From contig CAYFZO010000006.1 in the NCBI GenBank assembly GCA_964347615.1, positions 4,126-68,125 of the forward strand: DNA of 64,000 nt. The letters are read 5' to 3'. Under the pieces are notes generated by a model, which saw nothing but the letters and a program-made list of their open reading frames with translations, searched no databases and was not told the origin of the DNA. The translations under genes and the position numbers were made by a program. Below, piece by piece: positions 48,001 to 54,818 of the stretch. The DNA is from an uncultured Chromatiales bacterium (GTDB lineage Bacteria; Pseudomonadota; Gammaproteobacteria; Poriferisulfidales; Oxydemutatoraceae). Each line of letters begins with the position of its first letter. Position 1 is the stretch's first letter.

Positions 48001-51000
48001 TGCCCTGCCCGGAATTGCAACGGAACTTTGGAATGGGTGCCGGAAGATCCAGACAACTATGATTTGCATCTGCTCGATAGCGCATACGAAATGCTGCGTC
48101 CGGAAGAACACACTGCTATGGTCCCATCTGAGGACCGCGAACGTTTTGAGAACTTGTTTAAGGGTGAATCAGAGGCAGTAAATTGTCTGGTGTGTACCCC
48201 AACGTTGGAACTAGGAATTGATATCGGGCGACTCGACTCAGTCCTGATGCGCAACGTACCCCCGTTGCCGGCAAATTATTGGCAGCGCGCCGGACGCGCC
48301 GGACGGCGACATCGCATGGCGGTGAATGTCACCTATTGCCGACCAGTCTCACACGACCGTGCCTACTTCTCAGAGCCGCCTAAATTGCTGGCAGGCAGGA
48401 TTGACCCTCCGGCATTTAATCTAAGAAACGAAGTGATGGTCGAAAAACACGTTCACGCAATAATCATCGCCTCTTTGTATCGCTATTGTCATGATAACGC
48501 TAGACCAGAAGCGGAACGTAACACGATACAGGAAACTTTGCTCAATTGTTTTCCCTCGTTTATCTCGCCTTATCTATTCGATGACAATGAAGAAGTACGG
48601 ACAACGCTGTTCGGCTTCACTTCCTTACGCGATTTAGTTCAGGAAAACTATCAAGCATTGGTCACCGACGTGCAACGTGTGTTTGAGCAAGGATGGCCAG
48701 AGACGGATGCCGACGTTGTAACCCAAGAAGCTCTTTCTGCCTACGTCGCCAAATTCGCCGATAACTTGGAAAACGTCGTCAAACGTTTGCAGCGCCGTCT
48801 GCGTTGGGCTATGAACCAGATTCAGCGCCTCAATAATCACCGTCAGAGCCAGGGAACGCTTTCCCGTGAGGATGAAACGCTATTCCGCCGTTGCGACAAT
48901 CTGGTAAAACGACTAAAAGGCACGAGCTGGAGACGACGAAGCCGAGCGGAAGGGCACTACGACTCGAACACGTTCAGCGTGCTCTCAGCGGAGGGATTCC
49001 TGCCGGGTTACGGCCTGGAAGTCGGCTCGATAAGAGGTGAAGCGGAAATTCCACCCTGGCTCCCCGGAGCTAAGAGTTTTTCTTTACCTCGACCGCCTGC
49101 AATCGCTCTACGTGAATACGTTCCTGGCAATCTCATCTATGCCAACGGACAACGTTTTGTCGCGCGTCACTTTCGCCGCGAGGCAGGCGAGGAATATTCA
49201 GAGATGCCGTGCTACGAAGTATCAATTGACCACCAAGCCGTTAAGCCCGTTAGTTTAAATGCACCCTCGTCATTAGGCGGATACGTCCTCCAAACAATAT
49301 CCGTCTGTGATACGGACTTAATTCATACTTCACACATATCCGACGAAGAAGAATTTCGGTTTCAATTAGGCTTAGCTATTTACGGATTGGAAATCAAGCA
49401 GCACAACGGCGGAATCTCATATCGTTGGGGAGAAAAAACCATGCAACATCGCCGTGGAGTACATATACAACTTGTCAACGTAGGGGCTTTGCTCGCCATC
49501 CGCAAAGGAGAAATTGGTTATCCTGTCTGCACGGTATGCGGCCAAAGTATCTCCCCTATTTCCTCTGACAGACAGCACCAAGAGTTTGTTAAAGATCACA
49601 AGGAACGTTGTGGACGTGAGCCAAAATCTATCGGTTTCTATACCAACGTAGTTGCCGACGCGCTTTCGCTGCCTGAGTGTGACAACTTGGAAATCGCGTA
49701 CAGCGTCTTAGAGTCTTTGCGCTTCGCCGCTACTAGAGTACTTGACATGCATACGGAAGACTTGCAGGTGCTTGTTATAGGACACGTTGAACGAGACGGC
49801 GTAGATGCTTTGTTATGGGATCCAATGCCTGGTGGATCCGGGCTGCTTGACCGCGTGTGTGAACGCTTTGATGAAATCGTGCAAGCAGCTAAAGAAATCG
49901 TTAGTGATTGTCCCGCAGTATGTGACTCATCCTGCATAGATTGCCTTCAGACGTTCCGCAACGCTTATTACCATGAGCACCTCAATCGCCATACAGCCCA
50001 AACACGATTGGAAGAATGGGGAGAACAGCTGGTACGCCGTCACGATATTCCACCGTTGCAACAAAACATTGCCTCCAGCAAAAATGCAATGCCGGTTAAC
50101 GAGGCAGAAACCAAGCTGCGGCACCTGCTACTCGCCGCTGGATTTGACGAAGGCATCCGAGACGAACAGATTCAGTTAGATCGAGCAATAGGAACTACAA
50201 CACCTGACGTAATCTACCGAACGGAAACCGATGGAACAGACGAAGGTGTATGTATTTATTTGGACGGATTGAGTGCACATATCCATGGCAACCCAAAAAC
50301 CGCTGAGAAAGACAGGGAAATCCGGGATTGGTTACGCAATAGAGGATATGAGGTCATTGAAATCACCGCTAACCAGTTAGACGATGAAGATGCAATGACA
50401 CGTCACTTTCGCCGCCTCGCAAGATATTTGCAGATGCCAGATACATTAAGCCGGCTGCGTGATGATCACTCGTGGTTTCGCCAATCTAAAAAGGCATCAG
50501 TTTCTCCTTTGCGATTGGTTACACCGACACCTGAAACGCGTTATGTCACCTGCGTGCCTCTAGTCCCCTTGCAGATTGCCGCAGGGACGTTTGGCGATCC
50601 CAATGCCGCTCCCGACGAATCCGAATGGCAGTGGGTAAAACTTAACTCAGTACGCACGCTGCGCCCTGGAATGTTTGTTGCTGCCGTAACTGGAAAATCT
50701 ATGGAGCCAAAAATACCCGATGGCTCATACTGCCTTTTTTCCGGCCCTGTCACTGGGACGCGGCAAGAAAAAATCGTGCTTGCTCAAATGCACGACACGA
50801 TTGACCCTGAAACCGGGGCCAGGTTTACTGTAAAACGCTATCGGAGCACGAAAGGGGAAAACGACGATGGCTGGCGACACATCAAAATCACCCTTGAACC
50901 TATTAACCCTGACTATCAACCGATTGAGTTAGCGACGGATAACGAGAACTCCGTCACAGTAGCCGCGGAACTGGTTAGCGTTCTTGGCCAAGACGCTCCT

Positions 51001-51024
51001 GTAGATGATACGGATTCTCTCTAA
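45028..51024 (+). CDS. Giant (1,998-aa) multidomain protein. Domains in order: DEAD/DEAH SF2 helicase with multiple Zn-ribbon insertions, a DUF1998 (MrfA/DrmA-B)-like region, a DUF559/Vsr-like nuclease-fold region, and a C-terminal LexA/S24 peptidase domain.
   Basis: Motif I 'VSTGTGSGKTECF' is at about residue 126, motif II 'VFDEAHTF' at about 281, and motif VI 'QRAGRAGRR' at about 1,086. CxxC pairs are present ('CTTCGQ', 'CRRCG...CLCCG', 'CLSCG', 'CRSCRR...CPARNC', 'CTVCGQ...C'). 'GVCIYLDGLSAHIHGNP...EIRDW...YEVIEI' is at about residue 1,740. The C-terminus reads 'PLVPLQIAAGTFGDP' followed by 'TGKSMEPKIPDGSY...KR', the S24 Ser/Lys dyad. Confidence 0.8.
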   Translation: MYYRLVWNFQSAVFPMALNPIAYTESVVRSFLRYQLTAYPFADQRLHEQMCKLLSLNETRQSPLLKGPYVSLSRSFRQGASVASLVKERLLHPHLQQRIRNEVTHLYSHQEKAIRAIAKKQTTLVSTGTGSGKTECFLYPIISQCLKLRDEKASPGISAVIVYPMNALAEDQLMRLRGLLAGTGIPFGIYVGKTPENEADVTGVKLHDGASRDDYETRLKRAQQESSGETVYPAEEVCSREVMRTEGKQPRILLTNVKQLELLLTRQIDIQLFANARLDFLVFDEAHTFTGALGAETACLIRRLRAFCDININHTTCVATSATIVDKEEPDAARKFAARFFGVPREAVTTVNEDYEKDVWEEPRFVPTAPPEKAADILSNCIEAVEDEDNSNAEKIEAIYRALTGEGLPERNWPEALHNAMSRNDLVFRLNEELHTPRELAELPAALERHIDRPVAEEEILAWLTLGAAARKQGRPLLRPIVHNFVRGISGAVVTFPKDMNSPKLWLAAKDEGEIEPDTSEDKHAHFPVTTCTTCGQHYFIAFLKDFSFTGNVPEGGETSSTGPWWSSKEETLGGKRVVLVDKLIGESDEDEDTSPHAKMAPLYFCRRCGTAHLETQSRCLCCGYENGTVQLHAVRQKEKNPGKLASCLSCGSTSRRLGGDYREPARPVRAVNVADVHVLTQDMVHHAERRRLLVFCDNRQDAAFQAGWMKDRARRFRLRALMMENIKKSACSVGDLAGHLDKLMEKDETLSRALLPEVWRVARREDSGTRHQQERYKFLRFQVLREVTLPSRQAVGLEPWGRMKIEYTGLDAVLPWIQKHAHSLSLPPDGLREGVASVLDYLRRRGVLYDPENEIFTKYWGKGDLEIQRGYLPDSIRPNSTKLQRQADEKREVIIQWISDRGSPTVPQIVKKWGAEKNAIKPLLESLFQFLKENKLLVPVRLKGYKGRALPKVHGVYQVNSDKLLLTPNKGMRRCRSCRRTTTRNLPYDHCPARNCNGTLEWVPEDPDNYDLHLLDSAYEMLRPEEHTAMVPSEDRERFENLFKGESEAVNCLVCTPTLELGIDIGRLDSVLMRNVPPLPANYWQRAGRAGRRHRMAVNVTYCRPVSHDRAYFSEPPKLLAGRIDPPAFNLRNEVMVEKHVHAIIIASLYRYCHDNARPEAERNTIQETLLNCFPSFISPYLFDDNEEVRTTLFGFTSLRDLVQENYQALVTDVQRVFEQGWPETDADVVTQEALSAYVAKFADNLENVVKRLQRRLRWAMNQIQRLNNHRQSQGTLSREDETLFRRCDNLVKRLKGTSWRRRSRAEGHYDSNTFSVLSAEGFLPGYGLEVGSIRGEAEIPPWLPGAKSFSLPRPPAIALREYVPGNLIYANGQRFVARHFRREAGEEYSEMPCYEVSIDHQAVKPVSLNAPSSLGGYVLQTISVCDTDLIHTSHISDEEEFRFQLGLAIYGLEIKQHNGGISYRWGEKTMQHRRGVHIQLVNVGALLAIRKGEIGYPVCTVCGQSISPISSDRQHQEFVKDHKERCGREPKSIGFYTNVVADALSLPECDNLEIAYSVLESLRFAATRVLDMHTEDLQVLVIGHVERDGVDALLWDPMPGGSGLLDRVCERFDEIVQAAKEIVSDCPAVCDSSCIDCLQTFRNAYYHEHLNRHTAQTRLEEWGEQLVRRHDIPPLQQNIASSKNAMPVNEAETKLRHLLLAAGFDEGIRDEQIQLDRAIGTTTPDVIYRTETDGTDEGVCIYLDGLSAHIHGNPKTAEKDREIRDWLRNRGYEVIEITANQLDDEDAMTRHFRRLARYLQMPDTLSRLRDDHSWFRQSKKASVSPLRLVTPTPETRYVTCVPLVPLQIAAGTFGDPNAAPDESEWQWVKLNSVRTLRPGMFVAAVTGKSMEPKIPDGSYCLFSGPVTGTRQEKIVLAQMHDTIDPETGARFTVKRYRSTKGENDDGWRHIKITLEPINPDYQPIELATDNENSVTVAAELVSVLGQDAPVDDTDSL

Positions 51025-51195
51025 CCCCCTCACCTATCAGCTTCAACACCCACTCCCTATTCCACGTCAGATCGGCAATCGTATAACCGTCGAGTATCTC
51101 AAGGAACCGCTTGACGGCCTCATTCAGGACGCCCTTGAGCCGGCATCCGAGCATCGGTGCAGTCCGCCGCGTCACGAGCGTCTCGTGCAATCAGC
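51025..51195. repeat. Right copy of the imperfect direct repeat of about 170 bp (see 31,090..31,260)
   Basis: It overlaps the last codons of the giant helicase gene. It carries an intact start of a minus-strand ORF fragment (50,975..51,190, 'MHETLVTRRTAPMLGCRLKGVLNEAVKRFLEILDGY...'). Confidence 0.8.
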
Positions 51196-51295
51196 CCCCG
51201 GTCTATCCTTAATCGCGCAACGTTGGCGGCAATCGGTGTTTTGCTTGTCATCTGGCGCAACAATTATCCGCTGATTTCAGTTCACTTTTCGCGCG

Positions 51296-52492
51296 TTACA
51301 GCAAATACTTAGAGATATCTACATTGTCACAACCTGATTTTGCCTTCATAAACCACTTATCGCCATCCTTAGAAATCCAAATATGCCAAAACGGTCGGTC
51401 AGGCTTTTCTGTTTGGTGCACTTTCTCAAGTAACAGAAGAAAATCAGAGCGCGGTATAGCAAACAGCGTCTTCACACTGCCGCACCCTAATATGAAATAA
51501 GATTCCTCCACCTCTTCCAAAAACGCTTTGTGTCGTGCGCGAGGTGTAAACCAAAAACTTTCGCCCTGAAACTGTTTTGATACTTTGCAGATTACACCAT
51601 ATTTGCGGTCAGACGATGACCAAACGGCTCTCGTCCGACGAACAAGCCTAGACGGAAAATTCTTTTTTTCTTCAAAACGAGCAAGACATTCCTCGTGAAA
51701 AGAAGCAGGTTTACCACCTTTTCTCGAAGACTCACTTTCTGCATCAGGCTCCTCTTCTTCCACGTCTGTAACCACTTCCGCATCAAGCTCCTCTTCTTCC
51801 ACGTCTGTAACCACTGAAAGAAGCAAATCTGAGATTTTGTCAAGCTTCGTGAACTCTTCAGGAATCAATACACTTCTTACCTTAGAAAAAACAGACTCAT
51901 CCTCCATTTTTTCCTTCAACTCCGCAAGCGCCAGTAACGAGGACACGCTGATCAAACGCATATCCCAGGCATAGCGTGATCCTCGTATCTGACTTTCCAA
52001 ACTATCCGTTTCGTCTCTGCCTACCACCAGTAAGAAAGAAATATCTTCCTTGCTAAAGCTTTTTTCTTTAGAGATGAGATCATCCCGATAACGAGCAAGA
52101 GTTTCGAGATTTAAGTTGTACACGTCGGTTGTCTTTACTTCGACGATAATTGATTCTCCACTCGACAATTTCCATAAACCATCATACCCCACCTCGTTTC
52201 TCACTCCCCGGTATCTCCCGTTCTCAACTTCAAAGTCCAGTCGCCGACCCACTTCGTTGATTATGTCTTGCAATGCAAATCCTAAGTTTACGTGCTTTTG
52301 CACCGGCAATAGACAACACTCTTCCGCATACTCTTTGAGTTTGGCGAGAGGGATGATTTGAAGGAACTCCCGAAACTCTTGGGATGTTCCGTTGTTGTCT
52401 GCGAGTTTGCCGTCGCCGGCAATCCCAATAACTGGTGGAAGGCGTTTCCCCTCCAACGCGCCTTCGTTCCAAAGATCAACTAGTCGCAGCAT
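51296..52492 (-). CDS. Protein with an N-terminal Mrr-like PD-(D/E)xK nuclease motif and an internal acidic tandem repeat
   Basis: 'VGYDGLWKL...ESIIVEVKTTD' is a D...ExK motif, Mrr_cat-like. A duplicated 'VVTDVEEEE(L/P)DAE' tandem repeat lies in the middle. The C-terminal domain is unknown. Confidence 0.4.
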   Translation of the reverse strand: MLRLVDLWNEGALEGKRLPPVIGIAGDGKLADNNGTSQEFREFLQIIPLAKLKEYAEECCLLPVQKHVNLGFALQDIINEVGRRLDFEVENGRYRGVRNEVGYDGLWKLSSGESIIVEVKTTDVYNLNLETLARYRDDLISKEKSFSKEDISFLLVVGRDETDSLESQIRGSRYAWDMRLISVSSLLALAELKEKMEDESVFSKVRSVLIPEEFTKLDKISDLLLSVVTDVEEEELDAEVVTDVEEEEPDAESESSRKGGKPASFHEECLARFEEKKNFPSRLVRRTRAVWSSSDRKYGVICKVSKQFQGESFWFTPRARHKAFLEEVEESYFILGCGSVKTLFAIPRSDFLLLLEKVHQTEKPDRPFWHIWISKDGDKWFMKAKSGCDNVDISKYLL

Positions 52493-52756
52493 CTTTCCTC
52501 CTGAATGTCACCAACGGACTGGCACTGGCTCTACGAGAACCAAGCGAAAAACAGAAATGGTGTCCGCGGCACTGAAAATATTAATGTGCAAAGCCGTAAT
52601 CCCAATCACTGTTTAAGCCAGCAATCCGTATCATAACAATGGTAGCACTCCCCCGAAATCGAGCGCGAGATACATCGGCACGCAAAGCGATAAATCGGTG
52701 CGCTTGGTCGGTTGCATCTCAGGCTCGGGGCTTCGGGCCGGTCGAATCGGTCGGCG

Positions 52757-53554
52757 TCATTCTTCCAGCGCGCGCAGCCATTGCTGCAACATGCGCCCTC
52801 CGTTGGCTTCGCCTCGTTCGCCCCATTCGGCGGCGTCGCGGCGCAGCTCGTCGAGGTTCGCGTTCACCTGGTCGAGTTCGCTGATGTGTCCGACCAGCCA
52901 GCGTTCCTGCGCTTGCGCGCCGACTTCGGCGTGGAACTGCAACGCAAGCACGTGGCGGCCTGCGGCGAACGCCTGATGAGGGCACAGCGCGGTCGAGGCG
53001 AGGTTCTCGGCGCCGGCGGGCAGGTCGAACGTCTCGCCGTGCCAGTGCAGCACCGGCGTCGTCAGGTGCGCGAGCGGGCTTTGCCGTCCGGCCTCGGTCA
53101 GGTTCAGCGACGACCAACCGATTTCCTTTTGCGCCATCGGATACACGCGCGCGCCCATGACCCTGGCGATGAGTTGTGCGCCGAGACACACACCGATCGT
53201 CGGCTTGTTGTTTTCGACGCGGTGCTCGATCAGCGCGAGTTCGTCGTTGAGGAAAGGAAAGCGGTGCACGTCGTTGGCGCTGATCGGCCCGCCCATGACG
53301 ACGAGCAACGCCGCGTCGCGCGCGGGCGAGAGGTCGCCGGTCGCCGCGTCAACGTGTTCGCAATGAATGCCCGTGTCCTTGAGCGTCGCACCGAAACCGC
53401 CGATGGTTTCGAACGGGACGTGGGTTACGACAACGGCGTTCATCAGGGCGGGCGGGTGTCTCGGTGCTCGGGCTTGCGGCGGGTCGGCGCATTCTATGCC
53501 ATGGTCATGCGGCGCCGCGTCGTGTTCGAGTCGAGGAACAACGGCACGAGCCAA
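52757..53554 (-). CDS. Class I glutamine amidotransferase-like protein
   Basis: 'IGVCLGAQLIARVMGARV' is the GATase1 Cys-containing nucleophile elbow. The N-terminus 'VVVTHVPFETIGGFG' also fits. Confidence 0.65.
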   Translation of the reverse strand: MARAVVPRLEHDAAPHDHGIECADPPQARAPRHPPALMNAVVVTHVPFETIGGFGATLKDTGIHCEHVDAATGDLSPARDAALLVVMGGPISANDVHRFPFLNDELALIEHRVENNKPTIGVCLGAQLIARVMGARVYPMAQKEIGWSSLNLTEAGRQSPLAHLTTPVLHWHGETFDLPAGAENLASTALCPHQAFAAGRHVLALQFHAEVGAQAQERWLVGHISELDQVNANLDELRRDAAEWGERGEANGGRMLQQWLRALEE

Positions 53555-54111
53555 GCGATCGCCAGGACGACGCCCGCGACCAGGAATCCGCGTCCCAGCC
53601 AGATCTGGTCACCGAGCAGATAGTTGTTGCACAACCGTTCGGGCGAGACCAGGTAGAGCCAGCCGAGGCGGAAAAGCATGCTGATGAACTCGATCTTGAC
53701 GACGCCGCGCGCAATCGGGTGCAGACGCTGCCAGCTCCACGCGAGCGGCATCCCGACGAGGAGCACCAGGGAGACGTATTTGGCGAACGCGACGGCGGGG
53801 TCGGTCAAGGATGCGTCAAGCCAGCGCGGAATCATCCAGAACGCGAGGGCGAACGTCGCAACCAGGATGCCCGGGATGCCGCAGGCGTTGAACGGCGTAA
53901 GCACGCGCAAGAGGTACGGCTCGACTCGCGCGCCGAGGATCACGCCGACGGCGACCAGCAGGGGAATCTCGACCAGCACGTGTCCGGTCATCGTCGCTTC
54001 GAGCGCGGCGCCGACCGGGGTCAACGTGATCGCCAGCCACGCGACGACGGCCGCCGCCGCAAGGATCAGCGAGCGGGGGCGGTGGATGGTCAGCCCTGTG
54101 AAATCCGCCAT
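53494..54111 (-). CDS. Polytopic membrane protein, possibly a caa3/ba3 oxidase assembly factor (CtaG-like)
   Basis: Multiple TM helices. It lies in an operon with SCO1 and the oxidase subunits. The family assignment is uncertain. Confidence 0.35.
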   Translation of the reverse strand: MADFTGLTIHRPRSLILAAAAVVAWLAITLTPVGAALEATMTGHVLVEIPLLVAVGVILGARVEPYLLRVLTPFNACGIPGILVATFALAFWMIPRWLDASLTDPAVAFAKYVSLVLLVGMPLAWSWQRLHPIARGVVKIEFISMLFRLGWLYLVSPERLCNNYLLGDQIWLGRGFLVAGVVLAIAWLVPLFLDSNTTRRRMTMA

Positions 54112-54818
54112 TCGATCGCCTCCAGCAACGCGCCGCGGTCGTCGACGTCGTAAATGCCGACGACTTGCCCGCGGTGCGCGAGATAAACCGCGGTGTTGTG
54201 CACGAAGCCGACGTCGGGTTCGGGAATCACGACGACGCCGAGCTGATCGAGCACGGCTTCAAGGTCGCGGTCGTCTTCAAACCGTGCGGCGTTCCATGAG
54301 GTCTCGTCCGCCGAGAACCGCGACAGGTAACGCGCCAGTTGATCCGGCCCGTCGCGGGCGGGATCGAAAGTGAGGCTCAGCAGTTGCACCTTGTCCTGCA
54401 GCCCGAGGTCGGCGAGATCGCGCTGCAAGCGGCGGAACGCGGCGCCCATCGCAAGGCAGGCGCCGGGGCAGTGGGTATAGATGAAGTCGATCAGCACGAC
54501 CGGACGGTCGAGATCCGCGAGCGACAGCTTGCGTTCGTGCGCGTCGAGCAACGGCGCGGGCGGCAACGGCCTGGGGTGTTCGATCACCGCGAGGCGTCTT
54601 GCGCTTTCGGACGTCCACGCGGCACCGCCGTCGGTGCCGATCCACAGTGCCGACAACCCGGCACCGAGCACGACAATCGCCGTGGCCAGCGAAAGCAGCC
54701 GGCGGTTCATGCCGTCCTGGCGTGCTTGAGGCCGGTCAGGAACCTGACGGTGAAGACCGCGGTCGCGAGCACGATCAGCACGGCGACGACGGCCGCGGGC
54801 TGGCTGAGCCCGATCCAT
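54090..54818 (-). CDS. SCO1/SenC copper chaperone (thioredoxin fold)
   Basis: 'VLIDFIYTHCPGACLAMG' contains the SCO1 CxxxC motif. An N-terminal TM helix is present. Confidence 0.75.
   Translation of the reverse strand: MDRAQPARGRRRRADRARDRGLHRQVPDRPQARQDGMNRRLLSLATAIVVLGAGLSALWIGTDGGAAWTSESARRLAVIEHPRPLPPAPLLDAHERKLSLADLDRPVVLIDFIYTHCPGACLAMGAAFRRLQRDLADLGLQDKVQLLSLTFDPARDGPDQLARYLSRFSADETSWNAARFEDDRDLEAVLDQLGVVVIPEPDVGFVHNTAVYLAHRGQVVGIYDVDDRGALLEAIEWRISQG

Noticed and set aside
31929-51024. Calling the module a complete class-1 DISARM
   Set aside because: No phospholipase-D (HxKx4D) drmC candidate was found anywhere in the island. The helicase and DUF1998 functions appear fused, with extra nuclease and S24 domains. 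It is described as DISARM-like, not DISARM.
50975-51190. 71-aa minus-strand ORF at the right boundary repeat
   Set aside because: It is not a complete gene. It is the preserved 5' fragment of the repeat-encoded ORF reading into the 3' end of the giant helicase gene. It is reported as part of the repeat instead.
52480-52720. Possible tRNA or att site at the island/core junction
   Set aside because: No cloverleaf-compatible sequence or conserved T-loop/anticodon features were recognisable by eye. No integrase gene lies nearby in the window.
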